Source of the DNA: Escherichia phage vB_EcoM_JL1
Length of the DNA: 55,571 nt
Sequence record: OR791690.1
Reading direction: 5' to 3' (one strand)
Shown: positions 29,352-39,142 of the stretch, piece by piece
Layout: each line of letters starts with the position of its first letter
How positions within the stretch are numbered: position 1 is the first letter of the stretch
Notes under the pieces: generated by a model
The model's database searches: none
Seen by the model: the letters and a program-made list of their open reading frames with translations, nothing else
What the model was told of the DNA's origin: nothing
Program-made: the position numbers and the translations under genes

Positions 29352-29681
29352 TTAATATTTAATATCGCTCCAGGCCATATCTTTATAGAAATCTTCCAGA
29401 TATGCTTGGGCAGAACCAACAACCACCACAATCTTAAATGGCAGTATCAGCGGCTTAACAGCCGACATTAAATCTTCGCGCCCACGCTTGATACGTTCGA
29501 CGTTCTTGATTGTGTTTTCACCATGTGGGAGCATGAAAACAATAACATCCGCACCTGTTTCGTTGCGAACTGCAAGTGCACGGGTGAGATAAGTCCCGCC
29601 ACCAGTAGAGGTGACATTAGACTTGAGGTATGCAAATTTAACTTTGCGGTTATTTACTACAACAGGTGAGGACAGTTTCAT
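29352..29681 (-). CDS. Hypothetical protein
   Basis: 109 aa minus-strand ORF. Confidence 0.4.
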   Translation of the reverse strand: MKLSSPVVVNNRKVKFAYLKSNVTSTGGGTYLTRALAVRNETGADVIVFMLPHGENTIKNVERIKRGREDLMSAVKPLILPFKIVVVVGSAQAYLEDFYKDMAWSDIKY

Positions 29682-29699
29682 TTCAGATAGGTTCCAGAT

Positions 29700-30296
29700 T
29701 TATTTGTAACGTTCGGCCCCGTGAGTGTGGGCACCAATTTCAACAGTTCCTGGCACAGACACTTTCACACTGCCATCGCCAACAACAGAGATGCTGTGTG
29801 AGTGTGAACCGTCAGGAATATATGGCCTTTCATGCGGTCCAAGTTCCACACGACCAGTTGAGCCAAAGCCACCTTCGCCACGACCAGTTGCATTCAAGCG
29901 GTCAACTTCAACGAAATGGTGTTGAGTAGCTTTACTAACTTGCACCTGACAAATACGTTCACCTGGCTGAACCACAAAGGCTGTGTCCGAGTCGTTGTGC
30001 AGCTTAACCATAAGATTGCCACGATAATCGGAGTCCAGAATTCCTGTGCAATTTGCCAAGCGAATACCAGACTTAAAGCCATGACCAGAACGGCTATGAA
30101 CTTTGAGTTCGTATCCAACTGGAATCTCGAACTGGAGGCCAGTATCGAAAACAGCAGAGCAGCCGGGATTGATAACAACAGTGCTATCGGAGATAGTGCA
30201 AACGTCAGCAGCAGCAGCGCCAGCAGTAGCGTACACAGGTAATTTCGCATTAGGATGCACTCGCTTTACAGCAACAACTTGAGTCATACAAGACAT
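29700..30296 (-). CDS. dut: dUTP diphosphatase with ~45-aa C-terminal extension
   Basis: motifs SRSGHG, GILDSDYRG, GERICQ, GEGGFGSTG; extension carries SHSHS and GAHTHG. Confidence 0.8.
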   Translation of the reverse strand: MSCMTQVVAVKRVHPNAKLPVYATAGAAAADVCTISDSTVVINPGCSAVFDTGLQFEIPVGYELKVHSRSGHGFKSGIRLANCTGILDSDYRGNLMVKLHNDSDTAFVVQPGERICQVQVSKATQHHFVEVDRLNATGRGEGGFGSTGRVELGPHERPYIPDGSHSHSISVVGDGSVKVSVPGTVEIGAHTHGAERYK

Positions 30297-30298
30297 GA

Positions 30299-30928
30299 TT
30301 ATTTCTCTACTTGATAGGTTACGCGTTCAATCCAGTTGAACACTTTGAATACAGAATCACCCACTTTACCATCAACTAAATGTTCGTCCACTGTTACGCG
30401 GGTAGGTGTGTCTGGGAGGTTGATGTATCTGCGAGAATCGCCCGTGAAATCAAAACCATCACGATGCAAACGCACAATGAGGACAAAATCATAAGCAGAC
30501 TCAATGGCAACGACTTCATCACCAAAACCGCCATCGGGATAAATGACATTAATAATGCCACCCATACGCCCCGCGAGTTCTTTAACACGAGCAGCTTCAA
30601 CCTTACCGAAGTAGTCTTGTCCGTGGCGAGGCTTATACACATCTTCGCTAACGTGAATAAGAGCCTGACGAGGTGTTCTGCCACCAAGACCTGCAAGGGA
30701 GATAGAGTCTTTGAGGTCACGGTCCGAAGCGTAGTGAATAAACTTGTCCACATCAACTTGAAAGTGTTTGGCAGTATGCTCATACAGTGCATCCTTAAAC
30801 TGGTGTTTAATGAATTTGCGTTTGCCGAGGAAGTAAGGTTCCTCCGCAGCAACAATCTTATTTGCAATGGTGTCTTTGCCGCAGCCAGGAGGTCCATTGA
30901 GAATAACAGCTAATCGCTTAATCAAAAC
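30299..30928 (-). CDS. P-loop nucleotide kinase (dNMP kinase-like); start uncertain
   Basis: Walker A GPPGCGKDT; ORF open to 31027 but likely TTG/ATT start near 30928 after GAGGAA RBS. Confidence 0.5.
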   Translation of the reverse strand, partial: VLIKRLAVILNGPPGCGKDTIANKIVAAEEPYFLGKRKFIKHQFKDALYEHTAKHFQVDVDKFIHYASDRDLKDSISLAGLGGRTPRQALIHVSEDVYKPRHGQDYFGKVEAARVKELAGRMGGIINVIYPDGGFGDEVVAIESAYDFVLIVRLHRDGFDFTGDSRRYINLPDTPTRVTVDEHLVDGKVGDSVFKVFNWIERVTYQVEK

Positions 30929-31673
30929 TTTCCTCACTTTTGTCTGCACGTAAACGAACGAGTGACGGGAACCGGAACTTACCAGCTTCTGTCTTCTCAC
31001 GATATCGAACTTGCATAATCGAACCAATTAGCTCGTGGCGATGTTCCCACAACCACTTACGAATCAATGTGTTAGATTCTGGGACACCGTGGTCTGCCAG
31101 ACAATCTTTCACCATTGAGCCAGCACTGCCGTAGTTCGAAGAGATAGAACCACACATACCTTTAAGAGCACCAGTACCTTCTTTCATACCAGTAATCTTC
31201 ACATCGGCATATTTATATGGTACAATCTTCCACCATTTACCTTTTGCATCACGGACAATGATACCTTCATGACCAAGCGCCAAATATTTATCCATCAATG
31301 CCTTAAGGTTTTCATTGCTTGGGTCTTTGCACCAGCCGATGTACAAGCGTGGGTCAACAGCACCATCACTAAGCTCATACACATTGTCCTGGGTTAGAGG
31401 GACGCTTGGCGGGTCAATACGTCCGAGGATGCTAGAAGTCTCATTCCAACTATTACGGAATATCTCAGCATCTCTGAACTGTAAGTGGTCCAAATGAGGT
31501 AGGGGTTTGGAATTACGACTCCAGACACTACCTGATTTATTACGGATAGCTCGAATTCCGTCAATCTTGATGAAGAGTTCACAGCGCCCTTTGATACGGC
31601 AATCTGGGTCTTCCCAATCATGTGCGTGAGCCTTTGTGTAGCGTGTACCATCATCGAGGAGCTTAATAGACAT
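30918..31673 (-). CDS. ATP-dependent DNA ligase, minimal (251 aa)
   Basis: motif I KIDGIR, motif IV EGIIVRD, motif V WWKIVPYK, motif VI FRFPSLVRLRADK. Confidence 0.7.
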   Translation of the reverse strand: MSIKLLDDGTRYTKAHAHDWEDPDCRIKGRCELFIKIDGIRAIRNKSGSVWSRNSKPLPHLDHLQFRDAEIFRNSWNETSSILGRIDPPSVPLTQDNVYELSDGAVDPRLYIGWCKDPSNENLKALMDKYLALGHEGIIVRDAKGKWWKIVPYKYADVKITGMKEGTGALKGMCGSISSNYGSAGSMVKDCLADHGVPESNTLIRKWLWEHRHELIGSIMQVRYREKTEAGKFRFPSLVRLRADKSEESFD

Positions 31674-32187
31674 TAAGATTCTTTCTCAGGTATTCTCGAA
31701 CAGCATTCTTGCGTCCGATTTTGGTTTTAGGAACTGGCTCTATTTTAGCAAGATTGCACTTGGCAATTTGCTCTTCGTCAGATAATTTGGCAAATGCAAT
31801 ACACTTCTTCTCAATGACTGCATCACGTCGTGATACACCATATCGTTCCATGTATGTAATAATGCCGTGACAATCTTTACACAGCAATTCCAAATCTTCT
31901 GGCTGAACCAGTAGAAGGTTGTCCACAAAGCGGTGCAGGTCTTCCAATTTGAGGAGGCCACCAACTTGAACTTTGTGGTTTACTTCAATATCTTTGAGCT
32001 TATACAACTTCTTGCAATGGTAGCATTGAATGTGGAAGATTGGTTTCTTTGAGTCACCGACCTTCAATGCAATACGTCGAGATTGTATTAGCGCAAGTTT
32101 GCTTGGGTGTTTAGACCAAACACTTCGAATAGCAGATTGGAGCCAAGATACGAACTTGGCTTCCGTTCCACAATAACCGTAAGCCAT
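31663..32187 (-). CDS. HNH endonuclease
   Basis: CYHCKK ... VNHKV ... CKDCHG. Confidence 0.6.
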   Translation of the reverse strand: MAYGYCGTEAKFVSWLQSAIRSVWSKHPSKLALIQSRRIALKVGDSKKPIFHIQCYHCKKLYKLKDIEVNHKVQVGGLLKLEDLHRFVDNLLLVQPEDLELLCKDCHGIITYMERYGVSRRDAVIEKKCIAFAKLSDEEQIAKCNLAKIEPVPKTKIGRKNAVREYLRKNLNVY

Positions 32188-32198
32188 TCCAACTCCAA

Positions 32199-33260
32199 TT
32201 ATTTCTGGAGGTACTCTTCTTGAGTGAGGATACGATTCTCTTTAAGGTCAAAGTATTCGTTAATGTTCTTGTAATGCCACAAGCGAACACAATTACCCTT
32301 TTCAATTTGATGGTGCATGTAAACAAGACGGCCCACTTTGAGCAGCTCTTGTTCCCAACCATCTCCGAAGCGCACAATATATGCACCAATAACTTTCTTC
32401 AAACCTTCTGCATAGGAGGTTGTACCATCCAGCATTTCGAATGAAGCAACTGCACCAATGCCATCACGACGGAAATAAGTTTCTCCGGCTTTGGCACCAG
32501 TTTTGTAAATTCTTTCTTCAAGAACTCCGCAACCCATAACGTTATCCGTTGAGTCGCCGATAAGCAATTGATGCAAGAAGAATTTAGGGCCATTGCCTTT
32601 AACTTCTTTCTTCTTCGATTTGCCATTGTCCTTGATTATTAGTTTGAGTTCGCCGTAATCCTTTGGAGTTACAACCTTCTCCCCAATACCCTGGGTTTCT
32701 CGTTCCCATTGGTAATGTTTAATTACCGGACCAGCACTACCGTTCTGCCCGATTTGTCGCAAGTCTTTGTCCAGCGACGCAATCCAGACTTCATCATATG
32801 TGCAAGGACCAATGCGCTTGAGGCTCTTAATCTCATTACGTTTACCCATTGTCATTTCGTATTCATGACGTGCGAATACAGCAAGTAGGTCATCTGCTTC
32901 CAGACCTTTCATCCACACACCGTTCCAGGCAACCATAAGATGTGCTTTCGCATTCTTCAAGTTTTCTGGTCGCCAAACATCATCACGATTGCCTTTGTAA
33001 TTCTCGGCAAGAACGTTACGGAATGTTTTGGATGGTGAAATGCAGGTAACTACTTCTGTAGCTCCTACACGTTTCGCAAGGAATTCCATCTTGGAATCCA
33101 TTGACATTTGAATCTTAGCAAAGTTAATATCTTCTGAATCTTTGCCGTATTCCTCAGCAGCACAGTGACTGAATGCAACCATGTCGCCGTCAACCAGCAA
33201 CAAAACTCGTTTCTTACTCACTTTGGTAAGCTCCAAATTAAAGGCTCCCGAAGGAGCCAT
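32199..33260 (-). CDS. 5'-3' exonuclease / flap endonuclease
   Basis: LLLVDGDMVAF, LEADDLLA, IGDSTDNVMG. Confidence 0.75.
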   Translation of the reverse strand: MAPSGAFNLELTKVSKKRVLLLVDGDMVAFSHCAAEEYGKDSEDINFAKIQMSMDSKMEFLAKRVGATEVVTCISPSKTFRNVLAENYKGNRDDVWRPENLKNAKAHLMVAWNGVWMKGLEADDLLAVFARHEYEMTMGKRNEIKSLKRIGPCTYDEVWIASLDKDLRQIGQNGSAGPVIKHYQWERETQGIGEKVVTPKDYGELKLIIKDNGKSKKKEVKGNGPKFFLHQLLIGDSTDNVMGCGVLEERIYKTGAKAGETYFRRDGIGAVASFEMLDGTTSYAEGLKKVIGAYIVRFGDGWEQELLKVGRLVYMHHQIEKGNCVRLWHYKNINEYFDLKENRILTQEEYLQK

Positions 33261-33268
33261 ATTTATAA

Positions 33269-34135
33269 TTAGAACGGCATACCCGTACCGCCAGCAGCGC
33301 CACCTTCTGCTTCACGCTGTGCTTTTGCAGCAGCCTGTGCTTCCAGTTCAGCTTTCATAGCTGCATCAACTTCTTCATCAGAAGCCTGATTCGGTACAGC
33401 GCCTTCATCGGCAGGTTTACCGCCTAACAGTGCAGACAGCTTAGTCTTGTAGAAATCAACACCGGAAGTAATGCGGTTCTTGATTGCATACGGAGATTCG
33501 CCACCTGGCAGTTTGTTGAATACTTCCAGGTCCGGCTCAGACATGTCGAAGAAGACAGTCGGGTTAACCAGTGCTTTAGCTTCTTTCTTCTCTTTGGATT
33601 TCATCGGGGAGAAGGTAGCAACTTTGTTTGCAACCTGGCCAGCATTCTTACCGGACTGCTTGGTATACTGAACAATGCCAACAATCAGAGGTTCGCCCAA
33701 CCAATCCGGCAGGTTCTTGGCAGGATGGCCCTGAATGCCTTGTTCCAGATTAGGTTTAACTTCCAGTGCATCAATCGCCTTAGCGAATTTGTAGATGTGG
33801 GAGTTCTCGCCCATGAAGCCGTCAGCATTATAGGTAAACTCAAAGTCAAACCAACGCGGCTTGTCTTCAAGATTCTTCGCCATCATGATGCCGTCATCTT
33901 CGTCTGGGTCTTGAACCATGACCATTTTACCTTCACTGTCAACCTCTTTCATGTACTCGTCGAGCAGTTCGAAAGTAACCAGAAGTTTCAAGGACGGGGT
34001 AGGATATTTAGCAGAACCAGGCTGTAAGCCCAGGTCGATAATACGGCAAACACGAGCAGGATAACCACCCGCTTCCAGTAATGGTGCAGCAGAAGGAGTC
34101 TTGTTCGAGGCCAGTGTAGGAGCAGCAAATGCCAT
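33269..34135 (-). CDS. Putative ssDNA-binding protein with C-terminal tail ending MPF
   Basis: 288 aa between exonuclease and polymerase genes; acidic/Ala-rich tail ...GGTGMPF. Confidence 0.4.
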   Translation of the reverse strand: MAFAAPTLASNKTPSAAPLLEAGGYPARVCRIIDLGLQPGSAKYPTPSLKLLVTFELLDEYMKEVDSEGKMVMVQDPDEDDGIMMAKNLEDKPRWFDFEFTYNADGFMGENSHIYKFAKAIDALEVKPNLEQGIQGHPAKNLPDWLGEPLIVGIVQYTKQSGKNAGQVANKVATFSPMKSKEKKEAKALVNPTVFFDMSEPDLEVFNKLPGGESPYAIKNRITSGVDFYKTKLSALLGGKPADEGAVPNQASDEEVDAAMKAELEAQAAAKAQREAEGGAAGGTGMPF

Positions 34136-34165
34136 TTTGAGTACCTTTAAATTTCAGTTTAGGAG

Positions 34166-34438
34166 TTAGTCGACCTGCAACATAGCAAGTCGGAAGTCAT
34201 ATCCAACTAATGCTTCGGACAGCTCTTCAAATGAAGACGTTGCCGAAATTAAAGTTTGGATGTTTTTGAATGTCTCATCATTGAATGCTTGAGACTGTGT
34301 GTCGGACGAATAGAATACTTTGTCCTTAATCTTTTCAAGGAACGCCATTACAGCGTCCTTTGCGAGAACTTCGGAATCGGTAGCAAACATGTGGTGCTCT
34401 GATTCCTGTACATCAAAAATAGAATATACAGTTTTCAT
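34166..34438 (-). CDS. Hypothetical acidic protein
   Basis: 90 aa; start overlaps polymerase stop. Confidence 0.45.
   Translation of the reverse strand: MKTVYSIFDVQESEHHMFATDSEVLAKDAVMAFLEKIKDKVFYSSDTQSQAFNDETFKNIQTLISATSSFEELSEALVGYDFRLAMLQVD
34196..34215 (-). promoter_or_regulatory. Phage-promoter-like conserved motif (copy P4, inside upstream ORF)
   Basis: plus gtcatatccaactaatgctt, ~61 nt upstream of 34135. Confidence 0.3.
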
Positions 34439-36372
34439 TAGTGAATCTCTGCGTAGTTATCACCGAACTGCACATCACATGCACAATCACGGTTAAGTTT
34501 AAGTTCTTTGTTGGTTCGGTCCATTGCCTCATTAAGCAAGTCCGTCCACAAATCACGGAAGCCTTTCTTAACTTGGAGAATCAATTCATCATGGAATTGC
34601 CCGGACAGAAGTGGGTCACAGCCCCAACGCTCATTACAAATTGCAATGATGTTGTTACACCAAATATCAAACACATATGCACCAGTACCCTGACACAATG
34701 TGGAGAAGCGGTCTTTCTCTGTGCGCAATGAATACCAGAATTTGTTTACTGGATTCTGTTGCCACATCTGACCATCAACTGTAATAACTTTGGTGTTTGC
34801 AGCAATCTCTTTAATGGACCAGTTCAAGTCCCAATATGCTTTATGCAGTCGTGCAGCAGTAGTCTGGTCACAGCCAGCAGAGCGGGCTACAGTTGGTATG
34901 CCAGCGCCATACTGACAAGCATAGTTTGTGGTCTTAAACATTGGACGTTGTTTACACTTCTTAATTCCGTCCTTGTGGTCCTGAGATTCTTGTTCAGTAA
35001 TAAATCCACCAATTACGCCGATTGCAAGGTGAGCATCATAGTCTGGTGCCAACTGCTTCTTAACGTATTCAGGGTCATACATCCACTGGAAGTGGTGCTT
35101 ACAACGGTCTTCCAGTGAGCACAAGTCAGAGCCTAACTGTTCATAGTCTTCACGCCACGCTTCCAGCATTGAACGCAGTTCTTCACCGCCAAATACACGA
35201 ATAGAAGGGAGGTTAACAAGTTCGCGATGTTTAAGGCGTAAAGTATTGGTAAGGCCACCACATCGTGCAGTAAGGTATCCGTCTTCATCGACGTCGCGAA
35301 GAAAACCGTTAACAACAGACAGACGGTGTTTATACACGCCCATCCCAATAAGATGTTGAATACCAGAGTCGGGGTTTCTTTCCGCCAGCTTATGCAAGCT
35401 CGGACATATTTCAGGATTGCCATCTTCATCCTTCACAGTGATTTGTGGAATCTGGCGGGTTTCACCTGTTTCCTTATTACGGTCAAACTTAAAGGTTTCT
35501 GGTTCCCAACCCAGGCTGAACAACCAATCTTTGATTTGAACATGTGAACCAGCATTAGGCTTCTTATAACCTTTAAGAACTTTGATAGCCAGGTCTGGGT
35601 CTTTCCAGTCCAAACCGTTCGCATCACAAATAGCCTTCCACTTAATTCCAGTGGAAGACAGTTGCCCGTTCATCTTGTGGCATTTAGCTGGACGGGTTTT
35701 GATAACATATTCCGGAACACGCGGCATTGATGCTTCCAACGCGTCCGTCTTCTCTTTAATCATTGGCTCCAGCTTGGCCTTAAATGCCAATGCCTTCTCA
35801 ATGTTCAGCTTCCAGCGAGTACGTTGTTGAATAACTTGCTGACGAGCTTTTGTCATCAGGTATTCAACGAAGCGTTTAACTTCGCTAGGAGATTTATAAA
35901 TCTTCAAGAGTTGGATATATTGCTGTTCCCACAGCTTCAACTGAATCTTGCAGTCTTCCATCACACGATGGTTGTACTCTTCTTGAGTTTGATTTTCCCA
36001 ATCTTCAATGACTGGTTTTGGCACACCAAACTCTTCGCCGTAACCTTCCAGGCCGTGCTTAACACGACGAGGTTGCAGATACCAACTGATAAACAAAGTA
36101 TCAATCAGTGTACATTTTGAAACGTCGTAACCAAGGAACCTCAGTGCTTCAAAGTCAAAGGTTGCGCCGTTGTGCATGATTAATGTTGGGCCTGTATCCA
36201 GAAATGCCTGGATAGATTTTCTGTCGGTCCACTCTATCACAGTTTCTTCACGAGTCAGAACATCAATATACCCGATGTTGTGAAGACGCGGTGCAGCTTG
36301 CTTACGCATTTGCTCCAACAGGCCAGTTGTTTCAATGTCACTGGCATACATATTTTCCCAAGGATACAACAC
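34438..36372 (-). CDS. DNA polymerase, family A (T7-like)
   Basis: exo motif DIETTGL; KTTNYACQYGAG; QFHDE. Confidence 0.85.
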   Translation of the reverse strand: MLYPWENMYASDIETTGLLEQMRKQAAPRLHNIGYIDVLTREETVIEWTDRKSIQAFLDTGPTLIMHNGATFDFEALRFLGYDVSKCTLIDTLFISWYLQPRRVKHGLEGYGEEFGVPKPVIEDWENQTQEEYNHRVMEDCKIQLKLWEQQYIQLLKIYKSPSEVKRFVEYLMTKARQQVIQQRTRWKLNIEKALAFKAKLEPMIKEKTDALEASMPRVPEYVIKTRPAKCHKMNGQLSSTGIKWKAICDANGLDWKDPDLAIKVLKGYKKPNAGSHVQIKDWLFSLGWEPETFKFDRNKETGETRQIPQITVKDEDGNPEICPSLHKLAERNPDSGIQHLIGMGVYKHRLSVVNGFLRDVDEDGYLTARCGGLTNTLRLKHRELVNLPSIRVFGGEELRSMLEAWREDYEQLGSDLCSLEDRCKHHFQWMYDPEYVKKQLAPDYDAHLAIGVIGGFITEQESQDHKDGIKKCKQRPMFKTTNYACQYGAGIPTVARSAGCDQTTAARLHKAYWDLNWSIKEIAANTKVITVDGQMWQQNPVNKFWYSLRTEKDRFSTLCQGTGAYVFDIWCNNIIAICNERWGCDPLLSGQFHDELILQVKKGFRDLWTDLLNEAMDRTNKELKLNRDCACDVQFGDNYAEIH

Positions 36373-36437
36373 AGTATGGCTCCAATGGATTGGTGAGGAC
36401 TACGCTGGTGGGCGAACCATGCAGCGTAGTAGCTCTG

Positions 36438-38204
36438 TTATTGGTGTGGACCGTTCTTCTTAGTAAGCTGAACAATCTCTTTGGTTTCGAACAGCGAGTC
36501 ATCCCAAGAACGTTGAATGATTCGACCAGATTCGGTGTCGTAATATGTCTTGAAGCCTTCTGTTTTACCACTCTTACGAGCCTTAATGGAACGAATGATA
36601 GAACAGTTTGGGTCAACTGCCTGACTATTACGCTCAAAGCCGAACATGCCATGGGAATATTTAGCAGCAGCACGGGAGCCAGTAAAGTCTGACTTCTTAA
36701 TACGTCCACCATCCTCATGAGGTCGTTGACCTTTTGCCACAGGGTTAAGGTGCGACAGGATGTTTACATGGAACTGGTATTGGTCTGCCAGCTTAGTAAT
36801 ATCTGCATACAGCTTACCTAAGAAGTCGTTCTTCTCTGAGGCAGAAATCCCTTCCGATAAGTAGGTTAAGTTATCAAGGACAAACATATCAATGTCTGGT
36901 CCAATCTGACGAAGAATCGTCTTTAACCCATCCCAGGTTTCATAAGGGTCTTCTCCAGCTTGCTTGCGGTCCCAAATCTCCATGTTACGAAGCATCTTCG
37001 CAGCAGTTTGACGGAACTTAGCTTCATCATATCGAGGGTCTTCACGAGTAAACGCAGGTTCCCAATATGGCAAGTTGTCATTAAGGCCAGCCATTCGGCG
37101 CAGTGTTTCTGTAGGAGTTTCCTCCATGTATGCAGTAAACACTCCCCAATCATGCTTGGTAATGTTGTGATGCACAATCTGACGGGACAGCGTAGTTTTA
37201 CCACCACCTTCTGCACCACCGATTGTAATAACTTCGGCTCGACGTTGACCAAACATTAAGTCGGTTAACTTGGGCCAAGGATAGTCCACACCCTGTTCAA
37301 CTTCGTCATCAAGCTCTTCCATAAGAAGTTCTTTGTTGACAAGTGCTGTAGGCAGAGGACGAGCAGCACGGAACACAACAGCAGATTGAGTAGCTTTGAG
37401 CAAGCCACGCTTCAAACAATCGTTGGCATCGTTAGCTGGAAGTGTTGCAATCATTGCACCAGGCAATAATCGACACGCTTCTTTTGCAGCTTTACGTCCA
37501 GGTTCGTCATCATCAAATACGATAACAATCTGCTCCCAACGTTGCTTAATTTCTTCTGCAACTGGTGACAAACATTTGTGTACGGAATCACTCCCGTCAC
37601 TCAAACTAATTACAGCAAAATCCAAATCTTCATATGCACCACCACGGTTCATAGTTTTGAGGATTTGACGCAATGCGATACAGTCTTCTTCACCTTCTGT
37701 GATGAACAGTGTCTTACCGCCAATTGCTTTTGCAGCCATCCAGTTGTAAGGGTCGTTACCCTGGGTGTCGCCAACTGACCACATAACTTTCTTGTTCAGA
37801 AGTTTAATCTTCCATCGAACAAGTTTACCATTTTTGGTGTAGCCATGTGCCAGAGCATTTGGAGTCTTCCCATCATACTCTGAATACAGAAGTCGAACAC
37901 CAGCAGCTTTCCAAAATTCTGGCTCAATGCTGCGATGGGTTAAATCAAACGGAGGACAAGCAGTGATTTCATCAACTTCTTCCTGAATTTCTTCTGGAGT
38001 TTTGACTTTAATCTCTGGAATGTTCTCCGGATTATTGCCATAAGGATTTGGTACTAGAACGCCACATGCAAAACAGTAACCAGAAAAATTCTTATTACCA
38101 GCTTCATCGACATTCAACCAAACCTGTAAAGACTTGCCAGATGTGGATTTACAGTCTGGTACATCGTGCTTAATCTTAGCCACACATTGCTTAACGTTCA
38201 TCAT
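36438..38204 (-). CDS. Primase-helicase (T7 gp4-like)
   Basis: N-terminal Cys4 zinc finger, TOPRIM EGEEDCIAL, Walker A GGAEGGGKTT. Confidence 0.8.
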   Translation of the reverse strand: MMNVKQCVAKIKHDVPDCKSTSGKSLQVWLNVDEAGNKNFSGYCFACGVLVPNPYGNNPENIPEIKVKTPEEIQEEVDEITACPPFDLTHRSIEPEFWKAAGVRLLYSEYDGKTPNALAHGYTKNGKLVRWKIKLLNKKVMWSVGDTQGNDPYNWMAAKAIGGKTLFITEGEEDCIALRQILKTMNRGGAYEDLDFAVISLSDGSDSVHKCLSPVAEEIKQRWEQIVIVFDDDEPGRKAAKEACRLLPGAMIATLPANDANDCLKRGLLKATQSAVVFRAARPLPTALVNKELLMEELDDEVEQGVDYPWPKLTDLMFGQRRAEVITIGGAEGGGKTTLSRQIVHHNITKHDWGVFTAYMEETPTETLRRMAGLNDNLPYWEPAFTREDPRYDEAKFRQTAAKMLRNMEIWDRKQAGEDPYETWDGLKTILRQIGPDIDMFVLDNLTYLSEGISASEKNDFLGKLYADITKLADQYQFHVNILSHLNPVAKGQRPHEDGGRIKKSDFTGSRAAAKYSHGMFGFERNSQAVDPNCSIIRSIKARKSGKTEGFKTYYDTESGRIIQRSWDDSLFETKEIVQLTKKNGPHQ

Positions 38205-38855
38205 TTATTCCTGTTTAATGAGTGCCTCCCAGCAAACAGGAAACAACTCTGACATAATTTTATTGACTTCTTCTGCAAACAAACGTGCCTCATATTGGGC
38301 GTGCTCTGTAGAGCGTTGCTTGTACATATTAGCCCAGCCCAGTAAAGAGCCAGTCCAAATCCATGTAGTCATCATGGATTGTGGCAACACCATTCGGGCT
38401 TGCTCTGGAGCAATCCCCAAACCAATTAACGTTTCATATTCTGCAATGCAAGCCTTGTTGTGGCTTTCCATGCGATAATGAATATCGTCAGCAAAATCCT
38501 GTGGCAATGGTTGTGCAGTCTGAGTCATCAACTTTTCAGGACGACCAAACACCACATCAGGTACAAAGCATTCAATTTCGATTGCTTCGCCATCTTTGTA
38601 ACGACGGCTAACTTCGTTCCAACGAAAGCCCACCTGGTGCTTACCCAGTTGGCGTGCAACAAAGATTGGTGCAGTGCAGCGTAATGTTACATACGCATGG
38701 GCAAAAGGTGTATTGTGCTTATGCCTTGCGAGAAATTCAATGAGCTTTTCGTCGCGCAATGTCATCTCGTGGGACTCTGCACCATAAGAAGCTCGTGCAG
38801 CATTAACAGTTGTAAGGTCGCTGCCCATGTGGTCAACGAGTGTTGCAGTAATCAT
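38205..38855 (-). CDS. thyX: ThyX-like flavin-dependent thymidylate synthase homologue with altered RHR motif
   Basis: MGSDLTTVNAARASY, APIFVARQL, RSTEHAQYE match ThyX as I recall it; canonical RHR replaced by KHQ. Confidence 0.6.
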   Translation of the reverse strand: MITATLVDHMGSDLTTVNAARASYGAESHEMTLRDEKLIEFLARHKHNTPFAHAYVTLRCTAPIFVARQLGKHQVGFRWNEVSRRYKDGEAIEIECFVPDVVFGRPEKLMTQTAQPLPQDFADDIHYRMESHNKACIAEYETLIGLGIAPEQARMVLPQSMMTTWIWTGSLLGWANMYKQRSTEHAQYEARLFAEEVNKIMSELFPVCWEALIKQE

Positions 38856-38911
38856 TTGCTCTCCGGTTCATATGGTGGGAGATTAATTAGCTCCGCACCA
38901 TGATAATGGTA

Positions 38912-39142
38912 TTATTTTAATGACGCCTGAATTTCTTTCATCGACGCATTTAGTACAGAACGCTTTTCATATTCGCGTTGATTGTACGTGCTTGTCAGTG
39001 CTTCCGCAGCTTCTATTGACAAGATTGCAAAACCACCAAAGGCATTGCGAACTTCTTCAATATCCATGTGCAGGACTTCACTTGTAATTTGGCTTGCTAT
39101 TACGGCCTTATAAATCTCTTCGGCAATTTCAGCAGTTTTCAT
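38912..39142 (-). CDS. Hypothetical protein
   Basis: 76 aa minus-strand ORF. Confidence 0.4.
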   Translation of the reverse strand: MKTAEIAEEIYKAVIASQITSEVLHMDIEEVRNAFGGFAILSIEAAEALTSTYNQREYEKRSVLNASMKEIQASLK

